A stretch of DNA of 63,818 bases, counting the filler, from Collodictyon triciliatum (taxonomy: Eukaryota): assembly GCA_043381765.1 (NCBI GenBank). It is 5 parts of 5 records of this genome, joined end to end, with 100 filler letters (N's around TTAATTAATTAA, not from the genome) between each part and the next. Parts side by side here need not be neighbours in the genome. Positions count along the whole stretch, not along the records: positions 19,097 to 38,391 come from JBHJMP010000235.1; 4 more parts are not named here. One strand, 5' to 3'. The translations under genes were made by a program, and so were the position numbers. The notes beneath the pieces were generated by a model, which saw only the letters and a program-made list of their open reading frames with translations, was not told the DNA's origin and did not search any database. Numbering within the stretch: the first letter of the stretch is position 1; each line of letters starts with the position of its first letter. This document shows positions 23,844-35,068 of this stretch, in pieces.

Positions 23844-26800
23844 ATGGAACCGCGCCGCCACCGCCGCACGCACTCGCAGGCCGACTCGAACCCGCTGTCC
23901 TCCGCGATCTTTGTGCGCACCCCGCACGCCTCCCTCGCCCCTTCGCCCCAAAGCGCCGCCGCAGCCACCGCCACCGCCGCAGCCACCGCCGCCGCCCCCG
24001 CTGCCTTGTCTGCTCCGCCCCAGACCCAAACGCCTTCTCCGCACTCCGTCCAGACCCCCACCGTCTTCTCTGCTGCGCAGAATGCGCCTCCGTTGACGCC
24101 GTCCGCATCCTTTGCAACGCTCGGTGCAGCAGCGGCGGCCACAGCGACTTCGGCACAGCCTTTGTCCCCCGCGGCGTTTCCTGCCTCCCAGTTCTTTTCT
24201 GCTTCCACCCTGCGTAATCTGGGCGATCGTTCCTATGAACGCAGGAAGCTCGCGGCTACAGAGATCGAGGGTTTTGTTGAAGAGTCCTCCTTNNNNNNNN
24301 NNNNNNNNNNNNNNNNNNNNNNNNNNNNNNNNNNNNNNNNNNNNNNNNNNNNNNNNNNNNNNNNNNNNNNNNNNNNNNNNNNNNNNNNNNNNNNNNNNNN
24401 NNNNNNNNNNNNNNNNNNNNNNNNNNNNNNNNNNNNNNNNNNNNNNNNNNNNNNNNNNNNNNNNNNNNNNNNNNNNNNNNNNNNNNNNNNNNNNNNNNNN
24501 NNNNNNNNNNNNNNNNNNNNNNNNNNNNNNNNNNNNNNNNNNNNNNNNNNNNNNNNNNNNNNNNNNNNNNNNNNNNNNNNNNNNNNNNNNNNNNNNNNNN
24601 NNNNNNNNNNNNNNNNNNNNNNNNNNNNNNNNNNNNNNNNNNNNNNNNNNNNNNNNNNNNNNNNNNNNNNNNNNNNNNNNNNNNNNNNNNNNNNNNNNNN
24701 NNNNNNNNNNNNNNNNNNNNNNNNNNNNNNNNNNNNNNNNNNNNNNNNNNNNNNNNNNNNNNNNNNNNNNNNNTTCTTTTAAAAAATGAAATAAAATGTA
24801 ATATCACATTAACAAAGTCTTGTTATTATAAATAAATAAGGAAAACATTGGAATTTTTTACGATTTGATATGCAAAGCCATCCTTGGATGTTTGGCAGAT
24901 GAAGATAGCAAAGTAACGTCTATTTTGAAAAAAAAATACAAATAACAAAGCAAAAGTACAATAGTGAGCTTAGATACTTCCCTTTGTATTCCACTACAGC
25001 CAAGATTTTTAATCTTTTATTTTAACGACCAAACAGCTCCATAAAATGTGTATATATACATTAGGTGCGATATTACGCTTGTGAAGCGATGTATAACCTC
25101 GCTAAAGTATCCCGTTCAAAAATTATTCCTAGTTTGCATGACATTTTTGAAAATTTGTGTGAGGTAAATCTCTCATATTTCTTTACTCTTCATTTTCACA
25201 AAACTATCATTCCACTACAAAATACTCTTTCTTTTATCTCATTCTCTTATCTCCAACCATTTTTATGTCCAAAAAAAAACAGAGAAAAATTCAATATTAA
25301 ATTAATTATATAGAAAATGTCTTTTTTTTTCTTTCCCTTTACATAGAGCACACTCTTTATCTCTGATTTAATTCCAAATTTTTTTGTAAGATTTCTGTTG
25401 ATAATGATGCAAATGTAAAGAACGGAGCTCAACTTTTGGACAGATTGATTAAGGATATTGTAACAGAATCGGAGTCATTTGACATACGCAGCTTTATTCC
25501 CCTCATCAAAGAAAAAATTTTAAATTCCAATCCACTTCTCCGTCAATTCCTTGTTGGTTGGATTATCGCTCTGAATTCTGTTCCTGACAATGATATGTTG
25601 GAGTTTTTGCCTGGTTTGATTAAATATTGAATACAATTTTAAATCATTAAGGATATACCAAAAATATAAATATTTAGTATTTCCTGTTTTATTTTCCCAT
25701 TTATATCCATTGGTCACCAATTAAAATAAATGTAAATATTTAACATGCCAATGATTTTATTAGATTTACTGGAGGGTCTCTTTTTAATGCTCTCTGACCA
25801 GAATAAGGAAATCAAGCGTCAAGCTGATATTGCTCTGTCAGAATTTCTGAGTGAAATAAAGAAATCGCAGGATGTTGAGTATGGAAAGATGATAATCGTT
25901 CTAATTAATAAATGTTCAAGTCCAGGTGTATTTCTAATCAAAAACGTTTGAAAAAATATGAAAATTATTCATAATAGCAAACAATTCGGCTGGAATACAT
26001 AAAATTTGATAATTACCTCAAGATACAATATCTCTTTTCTCTTTTCTCTTTTGTTTTCTTTTGTTTTCTTTTGTTTTCTTTCTCTTTCTCTTTCTCTTTC
26101 TCTTTCTCTTTCTCTTTCTCTTTCTCTTTCTTTTTCTCTTTCTTTTTCTCTTTCTTTTTCTCTTTCTTTTTCTCTTTCTTTTTCTCTTTCTTTTTCTCTT
26201 TCTTTTTCTCTTTCTTTTTCTTTTTCTCTTTCCTTTATTTATCTTATTCTTGATATATATCTTCTTCCCGTCTTACAACTCATGTGGTTTGGGGTTCATA
26301 GACGAATTTACCAAGCTCACTGCTCTTGTTTGGTGCCGTAATTTCATCGCTCTTGGGAAAAACAGGCTTTCATTTTATTTCCCCCAGTTAATCGGAGCCA
26401 TCTTAAGTCCAGTATCAAACACAGTTCAAGGTAAATGGTGCGATATTTACTCGCATATATGTCATAATCACTCATTTCATTTAGATATTACAGCTTATTT
26501 GAAATAAAATAACATAGAAATAAGGGATGCTGCGTCTAATGCCAATGTTGAATTAATGAAGCTTCTCTTTTCAACAAATGAAAAATACGACTTTGACCCG
26601 ATTATATGGGTTCTTCTTCCCCAGGTGTTTTTTTTATCAGCTCTTAAAGTTTTTTTTTTTCATAAATTAATAGCGTCAAATACATCTTTGGTTTTATGTT
26701 TTCTTCTCTTTCTTATCTATACATAATTTTTCATATTCATTGGATTCAGATGGCTCAAAAATATCATAGCATAATAAAAGAAAAAAAAAGAAACGTTGAA

Positions 26801-29385
26801 CTAAATGTAAACCCTATTCCTTCAAAGTTAAAAAATGACGACATCTCTATCAGAATCGCAGCACTAAATTGGTTTATGATGCTTCACGAAAGAGTAATCT
26901 TTCATAAACACATTTACCAGAATACAATGAATCAAAACCCTTATTGGAAAAACTTTCAAAGTCTCATATATGTAGTCTCCTATCGACCTTGCCGCAAATA
27001 TGGGGACGTTTTTTAGAGACCTCATAGCAAGACTGGGTGATATCGCCGATGAAGTAATTGGCCTGATAAATTTGACCATCGTATATTATTGTTGGTGCTC
27101 TTGGCCTATTCGGATAAGAATTGTAAGGGAAAAAAAAAAGCAATCTAAAGAATATTGTCTATTCAATTTCTTTTCTTCTTTATGTAGGTGGTTCGATTTG
27201 ACCTTGAAGTTCTATGTAGAATATCTTGCAAAGAGCCACAATTATCACATTTCATATCAGATATTATTGAGTTCTTTAGGTATTCTAATTCATCGCATTT
27301 ACCTCTACTAAGTGTTTCTATTCCTTGGAGAGAGAGAGCTACATATCAATCACACCTCTCGCATCATTATCATTATCATTATTTTTTAAAAATGAGATAT
27401 TTCGTTTCTCAACTTAGAATTTAAAATAAAAAAATAAACGCACAGACACAACCCCGACCTCCTTCGGTCCCGAGGAAATATTATCATTGAGCGCATCGCA
27501 GTCTCGATTGACCAAGAGACTATATTTAGACTATTCTCCTCGAAACTTGAAAATGAAACGGTCCATTTGATTTTATTTGCATTTACTCCGTTTAAATAGT
27601 ACCCCTTCTTAAGTTACCAATACAGTTTATATATATTTTTAACCGCTCTTTCTTCATTTGTGCTTTGCATCTATGAAAAATAGGACTTTGAGTTTGCTGA
27701 AGTTATGAGCCAAACATTGCATGTAATTGTTCTAACATCACCAGAACTGTATGATTTCCGCAGCAAAGTAAAAAATTTCTTTACCCTACAAAATCGTGAG
27801 CTATTCACCATTCTTTACAAAAGTTGGTGAGTTATTACATGCTAAATGAAAACTGAGCAGTGTATAATATTTGTAAACGTAATCAAAATTATGTATCATC
27901 TGCCTTTTTAATTCCAATATCTTATCCTCTCTACTAATCACATACCACATATCGGATGCAGCTGCCATTCTCCAGTCTCTTTATTCAGCCTTTGTCTGCT
28001 GGGCCAGGCCTATGAACATGCTTATTTACTGCTCTCAAAATTGTAACTGTCAATAATTGTAGCGTAGCATATGATTTGTATGGTTTTTAAGACAATTGTA
28101 TTGATGGTAAAATATCATTCACAACAAGCATGGAAATTGATGTTACTCTCAATTTTTTACTGGAGCTTGACAAGCTTGTGCAATTATTGGAGTCTCCCGT
28201 CTACTCATGTATGAAAATTGTTGGTCATAATCGGATGGCTCGTCTAAATATTCACAAGATATCTTCGAAATATGTATCTCTCTGTAGATATCAGATTGCA
28301 ACTTTTGGAGCCCATGCGTTACCCAAGTCTATACAAATGTCTGTATGGCGTGCTCATGATGATACCTCAGAGGTTGTTATATGCTTTACTAATCGTTCAA
28401 AACTACCCTCTTTATATATTCTTGTTATCATTATGATCTCGTTTTCAAAATTTGAATAAAATGTAATTTTTTCTCGGTTGCTGACATGGACCGCAAATAC
28501 AGCAAATCTTTTGAAATACTGAAAATGAGGCTAACGTGTTTGACGGGTATTGGAGCGACGCACGTCCTGCCTGCTAGGTTTTTTTTTTATACTTTTCTTA
28601 GTTGGTATACGAGGGATTATGATTATTAAAAAAAAAAAAAAAAAAATTTTTTTTTAGTAAAAAATTTTTTTTTTTTTTTTAAAAAAAAATATAAAAAAAA
28701 AAAAAAAAATATTTTTTNNNNNNNNNNNNNNNNNNNNNNNNNNNNNNNNNNNNNNNNNNNNNNNNNNNNNNNNNNNNNNNNNNNNNNNNNNNNNNNNNNN
28801 NNNNNNNNNNNNNNNNNTTTTTTTTTTATTTATTTTTTTATTTTGTTAAAGAAGTATTTTAAATATTAAAAAAAAAAAAAAAGAGAAATCGATTCTTATT
28901 TTTTATAGCTCTATTTTGATATTAATATCGTCTATCGTTTTAATTAGTGCAGCAAAACACAGACAAGCAAAACAGGTACTCTTATCTAGTAGGATTATAT
29001 ATTTGAAGTTTGGACAGGGTGATAGAACCGCAGAAATACCCATGAAGCACATTTATGTATAACCTTTAAAATAGGTGGAGCAATTTGATTGGACATCCTT
29101 GGCAAATCACTTCACCATGATACAATCGCGGCACTCGTATGCGAGAAAAATCGGTGAATACCTTCTTTTTATTAATTAACACCAGATGAAATTGAAAATT
29201 TTAAATACAATCTGCATCGCCCAGAGTAGGTACCTAATCATTCAAGCAAGGTGTATAATTACTCTTATGTAAATATAGCACGGCCTCAGCAAGCAGAGGA
29301 CTTTGACACAATGACGCCAAAAGTAGCGAAAGGAGACGAGATGATTTACAATTCAATCAGGAGAAAATTCGAAGGATTTCTTTGA
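23844..29385 (+). CDS. VAC14: VAC14 scaffold of the PIKfyve/Fab1-Fig4 complex, many exons, interrupted by N gaps
   Basis: LRNLGDRSYERRKLAATEIE, VRYYACEAMYNLAKV, VKNGAQLLDRLIKDIV, FIPLIKEKI...RQFLVGWI..LNSVP, LYKSW|CHSPVSLFSLCLLGQAYEHA, FLLELDKLVQLLESPVYS|YIRLQLLEP, LYKCLYGVLMMIPQS. Probable stop TGA at 29383-29385. Confidence 0.95.
26076..26232. repeat. (TTTCTC)n grading into (TTTTTCTCTTTC)n, VAC14 intron
   Basis: Directly visible. Confidence 0.9.
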
Positions 29386-29748
29386 AGAGCTAATACGTAA
29401 GAAATCCCAAAAATAAAAGGCGCTGGGATAAACCTCAAAATTTCTTATTCCAAGATGGTCATTTTAATCGGTCGTGCGATAGAATGTGAAGTTGTGTGAT
29501 TTTGTGTAATGGAATCTATATAGTTGTTTTATGGAATGAAAACAAGACAACGGAGTGTATCTCGATAAATGGTAAGGGATTTCGAATCCGACATTTCTTT
29601 TTGGCAGTTGTAGGAAAGATGGCGGTGTGATTGATTGACAAAAATAAAAACAGAAATAAAAAAAGGAGAAAGAAAATAACGTAACGAAACGAGCTCTAGT
29701 AAAGCAACATTCCCCTTAAACAGCCGGACTAGAGATGGAAACAAGGGC

Positions 29749-31111
29749 TCATCCACATTTACCGAAGCATGACTTTTTCGTCTGTCTCTTGCTGTTTGTT
29801 CGATTAATCGGTTGTGTCTGGTCCTCAGGGAACTCTTGAATTTGAAAGGAAGTGGATGCGGTTGATGGCGGGCGTTTAATGAATTCATCCACAGGCGGAA
29901 GAGAATCACTTTTGTTGCTCGAAGCCCAATGCGCGCCAGGCTCAAAGCTGTACTCTCCAAGGGTCGGTAAATCACTGTAGCGAACGATGTGCCCGGTTAT
30001 GTCCATCATCAAGTCCAAAATATATTTCTCGACTTCCTGATGCATGAGTGCGAGATAAATTATTTTTTTTTACATAAAATAAATATGGGTTATAAAGAGA
30101 TAGATAAATGACAGTAAGCCATGATTAATTGATGTTTTCTTTCGCAGATATCTAAATGTTGCAAACTGGGCAATTATGTTCCCCAAAGGGAATGAACTTG
30201 GAACAAAACTTTGTTGCAAGGCTCTCTTGCGTTATCACTCCAATTTGTTCGGATGCATCTGGTGGTGCATGTTAAGATATACCGTGGGAGTAGAAGAAAA
30301 AAAGGAAGCAACATTCATATTAGAGACTGAAAATTTATGTATAATCGTGCATGTTGATTATCTGCTATCGATGGTAGTTAACCTTTCTTTGAGTTGGGAT
30401 TAGATTGATCGTATATAGCGAGAGCGCCCTCCAACCCGCGACAAAAACCTATTAACATAGATGATAATGATATTAGGAAGTTTTTGAGTATAAATAACAC
30501 GGATTAAGTGTAATTTGTGCTTTAAACTGCTTACTTCTAGTTAATGATGTTGAATTTAGACAAGAAGCGCTTTTGATAAGCTGCAAAAGGTAGGCTTGGT
30601 TTAATCCTTCTATTGGAATCATCACACTTTCTCCTTGTATTCTGTGGATTTATTTCAAGATCGATTCAAAAAATGTTTCAAAGAAAAGTAATGAAAAAAG
30701 TTTGAAGACAGATAAAAAAAAATAATATGGCAAAGCAAAGATGATAATCAAATATTAGGAGAGCGTGCATATAGATAATTGCTTTTTTTTCTTTTTTCTT
30801 TTATACACCTTGTACTGTATATAGAACAGCGCCCCCATTTCAGCAGCAGGCTGTGAATCATTTCATCCTCCCCTGTTAATATGTAGCTTTTAGTTAAAAA
30901 AACGACATAAAATAGAAAAGAAAGAAAAGAAAAGAAAAAGAAAAAGAAAAAGAAAAAGAAAAAGAAAAAGAAAAAGAAAAAGAAAAAGAAAAAAAGACAC
31001 ATGAAATGAAAGAGAGACCGGAAAAGCAAAATGAACAGAGGGAGGCAGCAGCAATCATGAGGGGCGCGCACCTTTTCCCATGACAACGATGTTAACGATC
31101 TTTGCACTCAT
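29749..31111 (-). CDS. Degenerate Rab/Ras-superfamily-like protein (putative pseudo-GTPase)
   Basis: Exons 31111-31072, 30872-30809, 30641-30536 and about 30448-30382 join in frame to give KIVNIVVMGKGEDEMIHSLLLKW...VMIPIEGLNQAYLLQLIKSASCLNSTSLTRSFCRGLEGALAIYDQSNPNS, paralleling the Rab consensus [34 protein letters not shown]. The C-terminus is basic with two Cys (KRQTKKSCFGKCG). The last two junctions are less certain. Confidence 0.6.
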
Positions 31112-31459
31112 CACAAAGAAGCCACGCACAGTATATGCTTATTTTTTCCCTAAGCAACAATTACATAATGGTGTTGTGTGACAGGAAGCAATAGAACAAA
31201 GCCGTAACTCTGTCCAGTCGTGCCTTTGTTGCAGGCCAAACAAAAACAAGCAATGTGTGAAGAACGGGATGTTTTTCGCTTAATTATTTATTGGTGCATT
31301 TCAAATTGTGCATTTGGCTGTCAAGAATCTGTCACCGAGCGTGGATGGAAAGAGTGGTGATTTGTTTGCTGGCGGGATTCTTGACCTTGTTGTTTCTCTC
31401 TTCCTCTCGCTACATTTTCTTTTTCGATTTCGTAATCTCCTATTTGTGCTGCATTGTAG

Positions 31460-31770
31460 AGATAAAAAAAGGAAAAAAGAAAAAAAAGAAAAAAAGAAAA
31501 AAAGAAAAAGAGAGAAAAAGAGAGAAAAAGAGAGGGAAAGAGAGGGAAAGAGAGAAAAAGAGAGAAAAAGAGAGGGAAAGAGAGGGAAAGAGAGAAAAAG
31601 AGAGAAAAAGAGAGGGAAAGAGAGAAAAGGAGAGAAAAAGAAAGANNNNNNNNNNNNNNNNNNNNNNNNNNNNNNNNNNNNNNNNNNNNNNNNNNNNNNN
31701 NNNNNNNNNNNNNNNNNNNNNNNNNNNNNNNNNNNNNNNNNNNAAAAGAAAGAGAAAAAGAAAAAAAGCA
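31460..31770. repeat. Purine-only 10-mer tract (AGAGAAAAAG/AGAGGGAAAG) with a gap
   Basis: Directly visible, intergenic. Confidence 0.85.
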
Positions 31771-33565
31771 GAAGATTCACACACCAAAGTCTCACTCTGC
31801 AGCAAATCATTTAGGCGAGGGTTGATAGTCAGATTAGACCAAGGGAGATTCAGAAACTATTTTGGGTGACACAATCCCCCGTCATTTATTTTCCGCTCGT
31901 CTTTCTCTCTTGTAATACTCGTTCTTTGCGCCAAATTTGAATTTGCATTGCCTTTTGTTTTACTTTGCAATATGGTGCATTCTCTTCACTAAATTCATCC
32001 ATTCAGCAAGCATTGTTGATGCAATCGTCAATATTTTACATATATATATATTTCAAATTATAATAATAATGATGATGGCCCAAACCGATCCGTTTTTGGT
32101 GCGAACTGCCTTTTTTTTTTCCGATGAAGTTGGGTTCGACAAGATTAGCTCGGATCAGAGCGGATCCCATGAGCCTGGTCCGTTGTCCTCTTCTTTCATT
32201 CCTTTCGCTTTCATAGGCCTTTGTCCTTTTCTCGCTCGTGTGATTTCCACCAAATGAATCAGTGCCCCAACTACCATATTGTAGAAACTGTATCGCCACA
32301 GCACTTGTAACCACATCCTTTTCACAGCTTCTTTGTATCGCCTTTACCAGAAGCTGAATGTAGAGTGCATGAAGTTGAGAATCAAACAAGAAAAGTTTTC
32401 GAGGCTGTGTCAGACAATACAGAGTGTTATAATCATGTGCGCAAGAGCGCCGAGAGAAGGAGACACACAGGAAAAAAAAACACACACACATCAAGATGAT
32501 GTAAACTCTCCTTCATTCGACACTCGAATACATTACTGCTGAGTCACCTTTACACTTTTGTTGTATTTCATGAAGACGAAACATGAGTCCTCCATATATT
32601 ATATTTTTCCGCCTTCAGACAAGGCTATTTTTTTCTCATTAACACGTACGGGGTTTCTCCTTTTTTTTTCCCTAACTCTTTGGTCCTGCCTTATATTCTT
32701 GCTCGCCTTTTGCATATGTCTTGTCTTGCGCTACTTTACATTTCTTTAACCTATGATAAATATAAGATTTTTCCCGCTCATATAATGCAATGGATTTTTG
32801 TTATTTCTATTGTCTTTTTTTTTTTTTTTCAAATCGCTACTGATATGATATAGTGAAAAAGCGATCATGATTTATTATGTTTAAAATCTATAATCACCTA
32901 AGTTAGTTTCCATAGACACTCCCTCCCTTTTCATTCTACCGATTCACACACGTCAGTATGCTAGATTTCCCTACGTAGCTTTGTCATGAAAAGCTTTTCT
33001 ACTCGATTCCACACCGAAAAACAAGAATCAGTCCTATTTCAAACTTCTCAGTTCCTTTTTCTAAATCAGACACCAACTTTCCTTCAACCAAAGACGTTCT
33101 CCATTGCGATGATAATATATATTTTAAAAAAAGGAATGAGTCCTTTTGTCCCTTGATGCAGTTTTTTTTTTTTTTTTTTGCCAGTGCCACAGTTTTTACA
33201 ACATTTTCTCTTGCCCATTCAAACTTTTGCTGTTGCTTTAGTTCACCATATTTGCTATTCTGTATGCTATATCGGTTCCTCTGCAATTCACTTTTCCATA
33301 TTCTTCTCCTTTTTTCCGTCCAACCAAACAGAGAAAGGAACAGAAAGAGGCAGCAACAATAATGCCTTTCCAAAAAGTAAAAAGAAAAAAAGAAAAAAAG
33401 AAAAAAAGAAAAGAAAAAAACAAAACAGAAAAAAACAAAACAGAAAAAAACAAAACACGCGCGTTTCCTTCTTCCACTTCACTGGCCTCGCCTCACAACA
33501 ATCAATCTGATGCAGCCAATCCTATTAATCAATAGATCCGCTGCAAACGGCACACGGATTATACG

Positions 33566-35068
33566 ATGAATCGACACAAAGAATCCAGCATGCGCAGACC
33601 AACCAAGAAAGTACCCCACAGATCCAAAAGACAGTCCGTTTCAGATCAGCCCACCCCTTTGGATGATTACCTCCAGACTCCGTACTCCAACATGTGTTCG
33701 GTAATCCAACTGACTCCAGACTTATCGCCCACAGTAAATCCTGGATCCATCACGCTCATTGGAACAAACGGCATGCCTGCCGCTTCCTCACATGGCACAC
33801 ACTCCACTCCCTCGTTCTCTTCGTCCGAGCTGCCGTCCTTAGACCTCGACATCTTCTTCCGAAATGCGGCCTTCCGCCCTTCCACAGTTATTGAGAGCCA
33901 AGCATCGTATCACATGCAGACGCAGAACACAATGCACTCCGACCCAGACACCGAAACTGACGATGAAGCCGTCCAAGATTCACACCAGCAGTTGTTGCAA
34001 ATACCAAAGAAGCCCAGCCCTGGTGAGCCGTCAGCGAGCGGCATACTGGGCCTCAAAGCAGAATGCAGGGGCAGCTTTGTCTCTTCTACACTGGAGGGAA
34101 AAGATGAAGCTGCAGAATCATCGCTATCTTCCTTATCCAAGCGACGAGCCTGGGGCCGCGGGGATGACGTGAGGCTGTGCATGGCTATTGGGGTTGTTGG
34201 AAAGGACGGATGGAGAGCCGTGGCTCAGATGGTGGGCGACAGCCGCACGCCAGACCAATGCTGCCAGCGATGGCACCGAGCATTGAACCCGGGAATCACC
34301 CGCGGCGATTGGACGCCTGAGGAGGACGCACGTCTGCAGCAGTCTGTAGAGGGACATAAAGGCCGCAACTGGCGCGATGTGGCAGCGATGATGCCGGGCC
34401 GCACAGACCAGCAGTGTCGTTACCGATATAGGCAGTTGCTCAAAGGTATTCGCGTCTCACAACGTGCTGCACATGCCCGCAGAGACTATGTCGACCGCGT
34501 TGTCCTGGGCCGAAGCAATGAGGAAATCACGGTTTGGCATCTCCGTCCTCCCCCCTCTGTTGCGGCTCTCTCGGCCCTGGCTCAAGCTCCGGACTCATGT
34601 CCACCTTCTCTCCCCATGACTCCGGCCCACGGCTTAGAAGGCGATGTGCTGCAGGGACAATCTGCGATGGAAAATCTCCTCCAACTAGATACCGACATCC
34701 GCCTTCAAGAAGCGCCCTTGACGCCTGCTGATATAGCTCGTCTCGTCTGTGGGATGCAGATGCCTGCAAGGGTGGAGCCGTTGGCTGACTTGGCCTCAGA
34801 CCAAAAACGGACAAGTCGTGGGACCGATGCAGATGACACACCACCAGATGCTGGAAGCACGCTCAACGTGGAAGCAGCAAGACAGTCACCCGGTGGGCAG
34901 ATTATGCTCAATAAGGCACACAGGGAGCCAAAAAGGAATGAGCGTAAAAGAATTCGTGTGCAACTTGTCGAGCAGCAAGCGTCGCTTCAATCACATTCAA
35001 ATTCGGCTGTTCCAAGAAATGACTCGCCAAGGGACGCCCGTATGTCCCTGCACCATATCCTTAATTAG
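33566..35068 (+). CDS. Two-repeat MYB transcription factor, intronless
   Basis: 500-aa ORF with tandem MYB repeats at about 34140-34440: WGRGDDVRLCMAIGVVGKDGWRAVAQMVGDSRTPDQCCQRWHRALNPGITRGDWTPEEDARLQQSVEGHKGRNWRDVAAMMPGRTDQQCRYRY. Confidence 0.92.
   Translation: MNRHKESSMRRPTKKVPHRSKRQSVSDQPTPLDDYLQTPYSNMCSVIQLTPDLSPTVNPGSITLIGTNGMPAASSHGTHSTPSFSSSELPSLDLDIFFRNAAFRPSTVIESQASYHMQTQNTMHSDPDTETDDEAVQDSHQQLLQIPKKPSPGEPSASGILGLKAECRGSFVSSTLEGKDEAAESSLSSLSKRRAWGRGDDVRLCMAIGVVGKDGWRAVAQMVGDSRTPDQCCQRWHRALNPGITRGDWTPEEDARLQQSVEGHKGRNWRDVAAMMPGRTDQQCRYRYRQLLKGIRVSQRAAHARRDYVDRVVLGRSNEEITVWHLRPPPSVAALSALAQAPDSCPPSLPMTPAHGLEGDVLQGQSAMENLLQLDTDIRLQEAPLTPADIARLVCGMQMPARVEPLADLASDQKRTSRGTDADDTPPDAGSTLNVEAARQSPGGQIMLNKAHREPKRNERKRIRVQLVEQQASLQSHSNSAVPRNDSPRDARMSLHHILN

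Noticed and set aside
32125-32185. GGTTCGA followed by TAGCTCGG, suggestive of tRNA boxes
   Set aside because: The boxes are in the wrong order and I could find no cloverleaf stems.
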